Assembly (NCBI GenBank): GCA_950097015.1
Contig: CATNEN010000001.1
Coordinates: 21,700,001-21,764,000 of the forward strand
Source: Macrostomum hystrix
Lineage: Eukaryota > Animalia > Platyhelminthes
Length of the DNA: 64,000 nucleotides
Direction of reading: 5' to 3'
Part shown: positions 1-12,380 of the stretch, piece after piece
Layout: each line of letters starts with the position of its first letter
Numbering within the stretch: the first letter of the stretch is position 1
Notes under the pieces: model-generated
Told to the model about the DNA's origin: nothing
The model's database searches: none
The model's input: only the letters and a program-made list of their open reading frames with translations
Made by a program: the position numbers and the translations under genes

Positions 1-600
1 ATTCCGTTTTTTTAAATGGAGTTTTATTTAGAGATAAAATAAAGATATTATGAGTACAGAGAAAAACGGTAGTAGCCTACAAAAGCGTGTGATATATATG
101 AAAGCACACTTCTTAGATATATTTCAACGCATAGCTTCCGAAGTGCGCTGTCCATCGCACTCTTGTCTACTCTTATGAGAATGTATCAAACTTAAGTATT
201 TTCTAAGTCCTTAACAAGCAAAAAAATCCGCTTTGTATTAGATATAAAAAGGTGGCTTTGTCAAATTTGTTATAATAATAACTTCTTTTTGTGTTAAATT
301 TAAAGTTGCAATATTAGTCACGAAAATTTATTTTAAAAAAATCAAGTTTTTCGTCTACTACGAGATCAAGACTAAGTTATTTCACAAATTAGCTAGTCGG
401 TTCAGTCCAGTGATCTGTGCTGTTCGAAACTACAAGAGCTTTAAAAAGTAGAATTTATCCAACCCCTTAGTTTCTTTTTTACCATTCCTAAGCCTGATAT
501 TTTGTTGTTTTTTTGCAATAGCAAGGATAAACCATAATACATACAGGTAGAGGCCCTTATAAAGTGATAAGTGTTATCACCTATTTAAACATCTATAAAG

Positions 601-3600
601 ATGACATCAATTCCTCGCTTCAACGTATCTTCTCGGTACACAAGGACGAAGGATGGTATGTTATTATAAGTATTAAAAAATCTTGCAATTAAGCACCTAA
701 TTGACTAAGTTTATTAAACCCTAACAGCAGGGCTAAATAATACATAATACTAGATAGCTATTACTTAGTCTAGAGAAAGTAAAGAACATTTCAAAATGTT
801 CTTTAATTGTTCTGTTAGTCACTTACTTAGTGTCTAGTTTTAATTAATAAGCCTAACATAAGCAAATTTCACACTTAAAGTTATTTCTATATTTTTATGT
901 TTTAAATTATAGATGGGTTTACTAACTACAGTTGCTACTTTTGTGTGCTGTGTACTTAACACAGATGCTATGCTATCAGCTATATGACAGTAAAGTGCCT
1001 TTTTACTAGTAAAGTTTCAAAATTTTGATTTTAATTTTGATTTTCTAAATTTTAGAACTGTTTTGGGCAAATTTTGCTTTCAAAGTAATTTTAGAAGTGA
1101 TAATTATGAATACTTCCAGTTTTGAAATTTCTAGGCAATCAGTTCTGAATTAGTAAACAACAATTTGCCTAGTATTCAGAATTAGATTTCAAATTTTAAA
1201 GCAATTTCATAAACAATAGTTCAAAATTCTTTGGTACAAGTTAAAGCATGCATTCAGAGCAGTTTGCCCATATATGCCCATAAATTAGCTTAGATTTCAG
1301 TTGCCAAATCATACTTGAATGCAACTTACCTTATTTCAGTATAAATTAATAGTTTATCAAGGACAAATATATTCAGGAAACAAAATTAAATGTTTCTAGA
1401 GTACAATAGAGATAAAATCTTAGTAGGCCCCCTATTGTTATATTAAGGGCAATTTTCAATTTACATTTTTATTTAGATTTCAGAAACTAGTTAGTTTGAA
1501 ATTTTTGATTGAAAAATCACTTTAAGAAGGTCACAACTTTTTACTACACAATTTAAAGCTTTTTATGTAGCCAGTATTACACATATCATATTTACATTAA
1601 TTTGACATTGCATTTCACTAATTTATATTTACCTAGTGTGTTAAAAACATTGGCAATCTTGCCATTAAGTACATAATTTCATTATTCTGAAATTGAATGT
1701 AACTATGCAGCCTTGGCAATATGTTCAGAGGCTGCATATTTCAGCTCATTCCTTCCACTTCAATTAGCCTGGTCATTGTCTAACAATGCCATTTAATCTG
1801 TGAAGGCCAATTGTAACCAGTGGACAATTATCCACATAAATGCCATTGAATGTTTTTGTGCATGAGAAAGCCAGTTTTTGGTACTATGCATAGAACTAGT
1901 AAGAAATTGTTCCTATCCCAACTTGAAAATATTTGATGGTGCCCATTTTTCAGTAATAAAAATTATTTATGAACATGATTATCATAAACTATTAACAATT
2001 GACCTAGTCATATTATTTTTTACTGTTCAGTTCTGTGGAATATAGTGTAGAGTGCAATGCTGCAAGAATGAACACAGAAAGGATTGAAATGCCATTTTAG
2101 ACCATGATGAATATGTAAAATAATGAGAGCTTACCATATCTCAATAATTGTGAGTCAGTAATTCAAATTATGGCTTGATAGTATGGTTGGCACTTTGGTG
2201 CCATTTCAAGATGAAAAAGAACTAATCTTATTGTGTAATTAGTGCATGATTTTTTAAATATTTTAAATGTACAGAAAATGAAACCATGGGAATTAGGACA
2301 AATTAAGGCAGGTACAAGACAGCAAATCTATGGTTCTAATAAATTTTATAGTTTATGGTGGCAAGGGCTACCTATTAATCCAGGGTGTTTTAAATTTTGT
2401 GAGGTGAAAAGTGCAATGAATCAGCTCTAACCTTGAATTTCAACACCCTAAAAATGTTTCAGATGCAGAAGATCCTAGAAACATTCGCGATATGAGTAGA
2501 ACTGACAGCTCGCGCACTGCTGGTGTAAGCTGAATCTGTTTATTGTGCAACTCCACCTCATTAGTATTCAAAGGGCTACAGATATTATAATAGTTTTAAA
2601 GTGCTGTGATATATATGATATTTACTTTATATACACTAAGTGCCACTAAGAAACAAGAAGTTCAGTGTAAGGTTTGTCGGACTTGGAGCGAGCTATACAT
2701 ATGCAAATTTATTCTGCAAGCACAGTTCCACTGGTTGAAACAAACTTTAGAAAGTTGATAGTTGATAGTTCTTGTAGCTGTTTTGCATGTGAATGTAAAG
2801 TACATTTTCTTTGCGCGGATTGATTCAGGTGAATTACTTATTATTATGTTTCATCAGCTTAACACATTTTACTGTCTACCATTAGCCCGATCTTATCCAC
2901 TATTTTTATGCTTTGTATCTAAGTAAAAATCAACCCAAATGGGACTTCATCATCTTCCTTCTACCCTGCATTAACTAAATGCTTCAACCCTGTCTCATCT
3001 ACCATCGATCCTGTCTCATCTATCTTCTATCTTGTCTCATCTACCATCTATCCTGTCTCATCTATCTTCTATCTTGTCTCATCTACCATCTATCCTGTCT
3101 CATCTACCATCTATCATGTCTCATCTACCATCTATCCTATCTCATCTACCTTCTATCCTGTCTCATCTATCATCTATCCTGTCACATCTACCTTCTATCC
3201 TGTCTCATCTACCTTCTATCCTGTCTCATCTACCTTCTATCCTGTCTCATCTACCTTCTATCCTGTCTTATCTATCACCTATCCTGTCACATCTACCTTC
3301 TATCCTGTCTCATCTACCTTCTATCCTGTCTCATCTACCATCTATCCTGTCTCATCTACCTTCTATTCTGTCTCATCTACCATCTGGCCGCATCCAATTA
3401 CCAATTTGGCAGTCGAATGGCGCGGGCTCAGCCGATTCGCCCGGCGGCGACAACAGTCGAGTCCAGCTGGGCTTCGCCAACCTGCCGGATCAGATGCATC
3501 GCAAGGCGGTGAAGAAGGGCTTCAACTTCACCCTGATGGTGGTTGGCGAGAGCGGGCTGGGCAAGAGCACCCTTATCAACAGTCTGTTCCAGCAAGACCT

Positions 3601-5934
3601 GTACAAAGACCGCGAGTTGGGTAGCGTGACGGAGAGAGTCAACAAAACTACCGAGATTGAGAAGCGCTACATTGAGCTTGATGAGAAGGGCGTCAAGCTG
3701 CGCCTGACTGTGGTGGACACGCCCGGCTTCAACGACTGCATCAACTGCCAGGAGTGCTGGCGGCCAATCGAGGACTACATTGACAGCACCTTTGAGCAGT
3801 ACTTCAAGGACGAATGTGGCCTCAATAGGAAGAATATTGTGGATCATCGAGTGCACTGCTGCCTGTACTTCATTAGTCCCTACGGGCATGGATTGCGGCC
3901 AATCGATGTGGAGTTTATGAGGCGACTTCATGGCAAGGTGAGGGCTTAAGAATTGTTAATGACTGCTATTGGATAGAACTGCTGCTTTGACTGAAGCTTG
4001 TAGCACAGTGACTTACGATTCTAAATCAAGTCTCAGCTTGTGAGAAATAGTTTTCATCGTTAAATTTGACTCAGACAGATTAGGTAGACAACTGACAGAC
4101 CAGGTAGACAACTGACAGACTAGGTAGACAACTGACAGACTAGGTAGACAACTGACAGACCAGGTAGACAACTGACAGACTAGGTAGACAACTGACAGAC
4201 TAGGTAGACAACTGACAGACCAGGTAGACAACTGACAGACTAGGTAGACAACTGACAGACTAGGTAGTCAACGGACAGACCAGGTAGACAACTGACAGAC
4301 TATGTAGACAACTGACAAACCGGGTAGATAAATGACAGACCAAGTAGAAAACTGACACTTAGGTAGGCAACTGACAGACCAGTGCTTTAACAACCCAAAG
4401 ACAAAACCCCCCTACTTAAATCGGTTTTATGTTAATTTTTTCTTGCTAAAATCGCCGCCCAAACCCCAGGTGAACATAGTTCCAATCATCGCTAAATCGG
4501 ACACCCTGACTTCAACCGAAGTTCGCGAACTGAAAGAGCGGGTGATGGGCGATTTGGAGCGTCACAAAATCCAAATCTATCGCATGCCGGAGACTGACTC
4601 GGATGACGACGAGGAGACTCGCGTCCAGGAGTCGGAGATCCGAGCCTGCATCCCGTTCGCCGCAATCGGCAGCAACTGCGTTGTGGAGTCCGGCGAAACC
4701 GGGCGCCGAGTCCGAGGTCGCCAGTATCCTTGGGGCGTGGTGGAAGTTGAGAATCCCAGGCACTGCGATTTTACTAAATTGCGCATCTTTCTACTAGGGA
4801 CGCATATGCAAGACTTAAAGGACATCACGAAGGAGGTCAGTGCTTTTAATTATGATTTATTAGCTTTTTTAAAGAAAACTTACTTTTTCTATTTGACGTC
4901 ATTTTCTATTTTTAGGAACCCTACCGTTTTCTTAGTGACGTCATTTTCTACTTTTAGAAACCTCTTATGTCTTAATGACGTCATTTTTTATTTAAAGACT
5001 GAACTTTTCTGTTTTAATTGTGGTATCGATGACGCGTCTATGACCTTTTATGCGCCGATATTTTTTAAAACTGGTCTTGTAGACCTGTTTGTTTAATTTT
5101 TTTAAACGAGCTATTTTTTACCGACGTGCCTTCCAAAACAGGTGCACTATGAGAACTACCGGGCCAAGTACATCACCGAGCGAATGACAAAGCGCAAAGG
5201 CCCCAGAGAGGAGATGGAGTCTAGAAAGTAAGTTGGGCCAGTATGTCTTATTGGCCAGACTTAAACTATTGCTGATTTCATTTTCCTTTCTAGAACATGT
5301 TTTCATTAACTATTTCTGTTCGTTTTTAGATCAAAGAACACGTCTGATGCTCAGTTTGAAGCCCTAGTAGACACTGAGGGTCTTCTTAAAGAAAAAGAGG
5401 ACGAGGTAAATATGTCTCTATTATTATACTTTAATCCGAAACTGTAGGTGAGAAAGTATTTTCGCAAAAAGTCTGGTCTAAAGTTATGCCGTTGTCGACA
5501 AAGAGATTTCAGTAAATTTTATGACGTAATTTCCCATTCTTTGTGAAAATATTGCGACTTTTGTAAGAAATAATAGGAATTTCTCTGAGAATCAACGATG
5601 GATCTTAGTAAGAAAGGAAAGGGATTTAACAGTGAATCCCTCCTGCCACCCACTCTTACCCTCCCAGATCCGTCGCATGCAACAGCTGCTTCAACAGCTG
5701 CAGTCCAGCAAGGTGCCACAGTCAGCTGATTCTATCGGCTCGTCTGCCTCCGGAACCGCCGCTTCAGCCGCCGCCGCCGGCCCTGGCTCATCGTCCGTCA
5801 ACTCGGCGGCCAATTCAAGTGGCAACAGTGGCAGCGCAGCTGCGGGTGGCTCCGCGCCCAGCGGCGGCGCTGCATCGGCTGCCACGGCCGGAGCTGCCAC
5901 AACCGGCGTCGCGAACGGCCAGGATGCGGCTTGA
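601..5934 (+). CDS. Septin, SEPT2 group (SEPT4/5-like), ~478 aa; join(601..655,2463..2524,3413..3937,4470..4835,5142..5227,5330..5405,5668..5934)
   Basis: Motifs [40 protein letters not shown] (P-loop), VVDTPGF (G3), IAKSD (G4), GRQYPWG and HCDF (septin unique element), and coiled coil [16 protein letters not shown]. All introns are GT-AG with consistent phases (1,0,0,0,2,0); total 1437 nt. The first two small exons are less certain. AATAAA at 6279-6284. Confidence 0.93.
2990..3385. repeat. 21-bp minisatellite (TCTCATCTACCTTCTATCCTG) ending ~27 nt before a septin acceptor
   Basis: Visible tandem array. Confidence 0.95.
3413..3937 (+). CDS. Septin exon 3 (P-loop to polar region of the GTPase domain)
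   Basis: ggcag|TCG ... GGCAAG|gtgagg; 175 codons of recognisable septin sequence. Confidence 0.95.
4070..4380. repeat. 20-bp minisatellite (GACAGACTAGGTAGACAACT)
   Basis: Visible tandem array in septin intron. Confidence 0.95.
4470..4835 (+). CDS. Septin exon 4 (G4 motif and septin unique element)
   Basis: cccag|GTGAAC ([11 protein letters not shown]) ... AAGGAG|gtcagt. Confidence 0.95.
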
Positions 5935-7173
5935 GAAGGTCGTTGATTCGATTCGTATGTTTTGTTTCAGCCTTGGAACGCAAAATTCTGAATTATAAAC
6001 GCTTAAACTTCATTTACTAAAAAGCTACACGATGTTATTTTATATCTTTAACTGTGGACTGAGTTATTCTGATGCGTACTTGTGTCTACTTGTGCGAGTT
6101 TTTTTATAATCGTTATATACTACTGCTGGCATGCGCAATGATACGATATTCAATTTCTTAAATCTTTTATAAGCAGCTTCTCTTTTGTTTTCCATTTGCT
6201 GGTAGTTTTAACTGGCTATTATTGCTTTTTACAAAGTTATGAATTATGAATATGATCTTGTGTCTAATTTTTGCTGCGAATAAATCCAGTTATTGATTGT
6301 AATTAGTTTTAGCTTGAACTTTGTGCATGCGTTGTTCTATTTTATATAAGCGTATTTACTCACTGTTAAATTTGGTATTAACTTTGGGATCAATTGTTAC
6401 CTTCAAGCCTATTGTCTAGTCAATCAATCAATCAGATAACTCACTTCACACCTACTGATCGTGTTCCGTGTCTAAGCATTTGATTTGACTAGTTTCGAAT
6501 TGCAATATAAAGCCGGCATTATATATATTGCGCGGTATGTTTGTCAGTCACCTCGCCTCAGTATTCTGTAATCAGCGACTCGCCCTACACCGCCCGATGA
6601 TAACGACCGTCGTTAATACAAACCCGGAAAAAACCCCGGATGCCTCTGGTGAAGCTGTCCTGTAACAATCTCGTTGGTTTTCTTCAAAATTTTCTTTTTA
6701 TTCTCGACTTATTCTTGCTTTAGACTTGTTATGCCATTTTTTAGTTTTAATACATACACAAACTAGCTTATTATCTAATTGATGGTGCAAAGGTGCCATA
6801 ATCCATTCAGTTTGATAATAAACTGCTGCAAGTAATCTAGTGTTTTCTAGCCAGCATCTAGTGGCATATCTTATAACTGTTAATAATGAATCAAATCGCC
6901 TTGTGAGTTTTTTTATTGATGTTTCATTACGAACAACGCAAGCTTAGCATCGATGATCAGCAATTAACAAATGCGGAGTTATTATAATTTATTAGTAAGG
7001 CAATCTCGCATAGCAGAAAATGAGTTTAACAATAACAAGTGTCGGAGATATGCCACTATGTGAAGTTGTACTACTGTAAGTAACATCCCACTGGGTAAGA
7101 GTTATTTGTACACAGAGCAAACGGATAAAATATGGTAGGAAAAATATCAGATACATGAAGCAGCATCAATCAA

Positions 7174-10100
7174 TCAAGCAACCAGTCCAGCTGTAGCATC
7201 GCTATTACCAACTGTGGTCTGGCTGGGAACCTCTAGTCTCCACAGGCCGTACGTATCTCCAATGCGGTGCTGCCATAGTCGCAGGGTGCCGTCTTCGCTG
7301 CCGGAGGCGTATAGCCGGCCGTCTGGCGAGTAGCGCACGCAGTGCACCGGGCCGAAATGGCCTTTGTGCGACTCGAGCACGGACCCGTCGGTGGCTGAGC
7401 ACTTGTACAGGACAAAGTCTTCGCCGCCGCAAACAAAGATTGGCTCGGTTGGATGAAGGGCAGCTGAGTAGACCGGACAGGGCAAGCTGAAGCTGCTCAG
7501 CTCCACTAGGCGTTCTGAGTCCCATATGGACACCTGCGGTTTGACAGTTTGATTTAATTATTATATCACCTGACTACCAATGCTGATTGTATCGGTCCTA
7601 TGGGCTTAATAGGGCCTGAGGGATAGGCTGATTGGGCCCCTGAGGGGATGGTTGAATGGGGCCTGAAGGTACGCTCGTAGCAATGGATGTTCAGAATGAG
7701 GTCTGAAGGATGAGCTGAATGGTGCCTGAAGGATAAGGATGTACTGAGTTAGACATGAAGGATGTACTGAATGAGGCCTGAAGGATGAGCTGAATGAGGC
7801 CTGAAAGATGGGCTGAATGGTGCCTGAAGGATGTACTGAATTAGACATGAAGGATGTACTGAATTAGATATGAAGGATGTACTGAATTAGACATGAAGGA
7901 TGTACTGAATTAGACATGAAGGATGTACTGAATGAGGCCTGAAGGATGAGCTGAATGGTGCCTGAAGGATTTACTGATTAAGGCCTGAAGGAAGTACTGA
8001 ATGAGGCCTGAAGGATGAGCTGACTGTGATCAGAGGGAATACAGAGTCAGGCTTGCTCTGAAACTGCAATGAGGTCACAGCAACAAGACGAACCTGGGAG
8101 CCGCAGCACAGCATCAGCCTGGAATCGTCCAGCCGAAGTTGCAGATCGCTTGGACAGGCGGGCAGCTCTCTGTCCAGAACGGCGGCGTCTCCCTCGGCGC
8201 AGCGAATGTCTCTGATGACGAATCTCTTGTCATCGGCAGCGCTGGCCACCAGGTTGTCGCTGAGAAAGATGGCGGCCCGCAGACTCTTGGCATGGCCTGG
8301 CAGGGCAATGGGCTCCGAATCATAGTTGGTCAAATCGAACAGGCGCAGCAGTTTCTCATTGCTGCCAGTGAGGAGTCGGCCGCATTGCCAGTCGAAATCG
8401 ACGCACTTCACAATGTGCTTGTGCTCAAAGCTGTGCAGCGCTTTGCCAGTGAAGCCGTCCCACAGGCAGGCTGAGAAATCTGCAGCTCCAGTTGCTATGT
8501 GGCTGGCATCTGAGTTGAGCACAGCGGACCAGACAGCGCCTTTGTGGCCCTGCAGGGCGCCAATCCAATCGCCGGTGTCACCTCTCAGCAGCTGGCTTGT
8601 GCCATCTGTTGAAGACATTAATATATATTTCTACCTGTCTGTATTTCTTACAGCCAACACGCTGATCAAAAGGGCTAATGCTAGGTGTCACAAAAATGAA
8701 ACTTTTGTTTGACTATTATTTTAAGGAGTTTGAACAAGGGGCATACATGCGCAACACCCGGCCGACCCGGCCGAACCGGCCGGGTGAAACGAGGGCCAAG
8801 CAAGGTAAGTCGCAAAAACCAATCAACCAAGCGCAAAAAAATCAAAGGGGGACCAAGGGACAAAAAAGGAAGGCGTGAAGAAAAGGAAAAAGGGGAGAGA
8901 AAAAGAGCAAATGAGAGCAAACTAAGTCGTAAATAGAGCAATGAAACGAACTAAGTTGCAAATGAGAGCAAAAACTAAGTCGCACGGCCAGCTAAGATTT
9001 GGGAGGTTGTGCATGTATGACAAGGGGTACAGCCATGGAGAGAAGGCATGGGGGTTTGTTGTGCAAATTTATGACATTGAGGGCAAACCTTCAAAAGTGT
9101 ACCTTCACAGTGAAGTGTACATTGCCTGACAATGAGAAAGTTAGGACAGATGTACAAGCCTGTGCATCATGGTGTGCATGTGCTGAAGGGTCAGCAAAAT
9201 GGACAGAATTGCCTGCTTGCTAGCTGTGAGTCTAGTGTCACCAAATAATGTGACATTGCACACAGCCTTCCTACAATTATTGTTTATTAAATAATTAAGA
9301 AAGACTTTATACCCTGTGGTAAGTGCTTTAGGATTGCAACCAAGATATCAGGAGTTCAAATCTCAACTTAGAGAAAGAATTAGTATGTTTTTTTCTGTTT
9401 AGCTAGCTATACTTCTAGTTTTTAAGTTATTTGTGCTCACTACATTTAAAACAAATGAAAAATACATCTTATCAATGCTTTTAGCTAGCTATATCTGTGT
9501 TTTATCTAGAATGTCTAATCTTATTGGTTGTGTCTAGATAGATACACCTGGCAATGATAATAATAATAATGAAATATCAAGTGAGAAAACTAATGAACAG
9601 TATCTAACTTTAATAACTATTTTGCTATAGCATTAGGCCCTAGTGTGTACCCTACAGTCCTCATGGTATCTTTAGCATATAACATCACACTTACATATAA
9701 TATAACATATTATGAATTATATCTAGTCTCTAAAGTACTAGAGAAGTGGTGTTATTTCAGCAAGCTGTCATATGGATAAGCTGTGAAAAGCCTATCCCCA
9801 CAGGACCAAGGGCATAGTCAAGCCGGCCTTAATATTATATTGTTAATTGTTATATATCTACCATTTACAAAAATGAATAAAAATATTTTTTTAAACAGTG
9901 CCTTCTCTTCACTATAATGTTTGTTATATGCTATCTGTTAAATATATATGCATATTTCTAATCTATGGTTTGCATTTTGTGTGCAAGAAAAAAGACTAAA
10001 AGACTAAATGATTAGATAGCTGCTACCTAAATAAAGACAATTTAAATAAGTTAGGCCTAGGTCCTAGGATTACCTTTTGATGCAGTCACAAGAAAGTATC

Positions 10101-10206
10101 CATCATCAGTAACATTGCTGAATCTCAAAGAGACAACAGGTCTAGTGTGAACTGAACAAGTGATTGTCAATTGTTTAAGTTGAGAAAGAGCTGCTTTGTC
10201 ATCCAT
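7174..10206 (-). CDS. STRAP: Serine-threonine kinase receptor-associated protein (STRAP/UNRIP), WD40 repeat, ~334 aa; complement(join(10074..10206,8094..8605,7174..7533))
   Basis: Exon 1 reads MDDKAALSQLKQLTITCSVHTRPVVSLRFSNVTDDGYFLVTASKD, followed by LRGDTGDWIGALQGHKGAVW, HKHIVK and GHFGPVHCVRYSPDGRLYASGSEDGTLRLW, matching STRAP family signatures. GT-AG introns, phases 1 and 0; total 1005 nt. Confidence 0.92.
7680..8025. repeat. 23-bp minisatellite (GAAGGATGTACTGAATTAGACAT and variants)
   Basis: Tandem array in STRAP intron 2. Confidence 0.9.
9000..9230 (+). mobile_element. SINE family 1, degenerate CpG-depleted copy in STRAP intron 1
   Basis: ggagagaagg...gtgcaaattta...gagggcaaacct...cacagtga...gtacattgcctgacaatgagaaag...cagatgta aligns by eye to 19890-20005. 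Confidence 0.6.
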
Positions 10207-10390
10207 GAATAGTTTCTTCATGAACGACTTGGTTCTAATCTATTTAGGCTGTCTTTGTAATGAAACAGTTTAAAAATAAAGAAACTTTATTGGCTTATAA
10301 TTTTCGCTGAAGCACACGCCAAGTCTAAAACCAATCAAGATATATACAGTGCTGCGAATAATTTATGTACGTAAACGCTAAGCCCTAAAT

Positions 10391-10648
10391 TGTAAAAAAA
10401 TTCTCGATCGTATTACAATTCAAATTCGCGCTAACTTTAGAAATCTCGCACAAGCATGTTTGTTTTACTTCGTAATCATTTTTGCTTTTCTGCTTCGCGC
10501 CTCCCCGCGCTGACACTATATAAGTAAGTGTGTTCGGCATCGAAACGGCACCAGTCACGACTCGCAAGCCGAGTTTGGTCAGAAGAAGCAAGTGTAGGCG
10601 GTATAGAAGTCGTTTTGACAAATATATCAGCATTTTAGTATCAAAGCG
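10391..10648 (+). mobile_element. Candidate LTR remnant with TATA box and degenerate primer-binding site upstream of the protease ORF
   Basis: TATATAA near 10517; CCAGTC (Inr-like) ~30 nt later; ...AATATATCAGCA followed by TAGTATCAAAGCG (10636-10648), 2 mismatches from the tRNA-Met PBS TGGTATCAGAGC. No matching 3' LTR recognised and the left boundary is uncertain. Confidence 0.35.
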
Positions 10649-10672
10649 TAAACAAGCCGCAAGACGGAAGAA

Positions 10673-11626
10673 ATGCAGAAGACGAATAGCCGAAGAAGCC
10701 AGATGACGCGACGTCAGCCGCTCATGCAGCAGCAGTTCCGTTTTCAGCAGCCGTATCAGGCACAGTACCGATCACAGAATTTTTACGGTCAAAGACCACA
10801 GAATCGGGGAAGTTACCCTGCTTCCTACGGCTCACATGGTTCTTATAGCAGGGGACCGCGATACGGGCCTCAGAGCCGATTCCCGAATCAGAACTACAAT
10901 AATGCAAGGAAGCTGCAGAGTCAGGGAGGATGGCGACCAAGGCCATTGCACCAGGCTTCCCAGAACGGCCGATACCATGCTGTCAGATACCAAAAGTATC
11001 AAGCCGGGACAATGCGTTATGCGTCAGCTGCCCATGCCGATGTGCCAGCAGCACCTAACATGCATGCGTCAGCAGCCCGAACATGTGCGTGTGCATGTTT
11101 GTCTGCAGGCACGAATCAACAGATTGTTGATGAGAATCAATCTGAAACGCTGGTTTCTAGTTCTGAAGCTGAGGAACAAAGAGTGACGTTTGAAGGCTAT
11201 GAAGCCGTTGCAGTAGGAGTCATTCAGGAGCAAGAAGTGAACTTTATTCTTGACACTGGAGCTAGAAACAACTTCCTGAGCAAGTCAGTTTGGACGGAGC
11301 TGATTAAGCCGGACGAAGTGAAAAGTACGAATAAGATCATTTCTACCTTTGACGGATCCCGTGTACAGTTGGAAGGAGAAACCTGCGCCCAATTAGTCCG
11401 TTTTGGCGACATACAGGTAGAGTTAGATTTCCTCTTATGTGCTCAGGAATGCGACAACATACTGGGAATGGAATTCGTCTTGCATTTCTGTGAAAGTATT
11501 AACCTTGCCAAAGGAGTGCTCATGCTTAACGAAGGTTTACAAATTCCTGTGAAGTTCACAAGCCTACCTGTGACAGGCGCTAGTTCTGTTCCCAACAACG
11601 AGCAAGCTGATCTCGATACCTGCTAA
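10673..11626 (+). CDS. Retroelement-derived ORF (317 aa): Q/R/G/Y/N-rich low-complexity N-terminus plus retropepsin (Ty3/gypsy-type) aspartic protease
   Basis: Uninterrupted ORF with catalytic motif FILDTGA, flap-like STFDGS and C-terminal DNILGMEF. No RT, RNase H or integrase seen downstream. Confidence 0.8.
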   Translation: MQKTNSRRSQMTRRQPLMQQQFRFQQPYQAQYRSQNFYGQRPQNRGSYPASYGSHGSYSRGPRYGPQSRFPNQNYNNARKLQSQGGWRPRPLHQASQNGRYHAVRYQKYQAGTMRYASAAHADVPAAPNMHASAARTCACACLSAGTNQQIVDENQSETLVSSSEAEEQRVTFEGYEAVAVGVIQEQEVNFILDTGARNNFLSKSVWTELIKPDEVKSTNKIISTFDGSRVQLEGETCAQLVRFGDIQVELDFLLCAQECDNILGMEFVLHFCESINLAKGVLMLNEGLQIPVKFTSLPVTGASSVPNNEQADLDTC

Positions 11627-12119
11627 TTATTTGATGGCACAGATCGAGAGATTTCCGATCCGAGTTACGTGAGTGTTTGTATATGTTTGTAGCGCTACTA
11701 TAATGTTTTATACGTATTTCAAGCGATTATAAATACAGAGGAACTTCAATCAAAGTTCCTTGGAGATAATTATTGCAGTTATGCGCACTGTAAATACAGG
11801 CATCAATCAATCGTTCTGAATAACCCAGAAGCAAGTTTCCGTTTATGGAAAAAGCAAGAAACAACATTAGTGTTGGATGAGAAATTAAAGATCAGATAAG
11901 CAACTGATTTGTCGGCTTTTAGGTGTGAAATGATTCCTTTCCCCCGTTACCTGGCAGTGGCCACCTCAGCTGACAGCAGCTCCTCCCGGAAACTCCAGCA
12001 TAGCCATTGTGACAAAGGCAGTCGGCATCCTCATCATCCGCATAGATACGAGCGTAGAAGTCAGCACAACCAAGGCAGGCGGTCACAGCCTCGAGCGACT
12101 CGTTTTTGCGGCAGCAGCA

Positions 12120-12380
12120 TGCAGTAGCATCGGCCGCAGCCGTGAACAACCGGAAGCCGTGACAGCAGCGTCGGCCGCAGCCGTGAACAACCGAAGCCGT
12201 GACAGCAGCATCGGCCGCAGCCGTGAACAACCGAAGCCGTGACAGCAGCGTCGGCCGCAGCCGTGAACAACCGAAGCCGTGACAGCAGCACCGGCCGCAG
12301 CCGTGAACAACCGGAAGCCGTGACAGCAGCATCGGCCGCAGCCGTGAACAACCGAAGCCGTGACAGCAGCAGCAGCAGCG
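12120..12380. repeat. GC-rich ~40-bp tandem repeat (CGGCCGCAGCCGTGAACAACCGAAGCCGTGACAGCAGCAT), ~6 copies
   Basis: Visible tandem array. Confidence 0.92.

Noticed and set aside
2979-3412. Long repetitive ORFs (CLIYHLS / SHLPSIL) fused to the septin frame
   Set aside because: Translation of an intronic 21-bp satellite; a proper acceptor at 3412 and upstream in-phase exons exist
8678-9223. Short ORFs inside STRAP intron 1
   Set aside because: Low-complexity A-rich sequence plus a decayed SINE; no protein similarity recognised
12120-12380. Regular ~40-bp repeats as a CRISPR array
   Set aside because: No unique spacers, eukaryotic context and no cas genes
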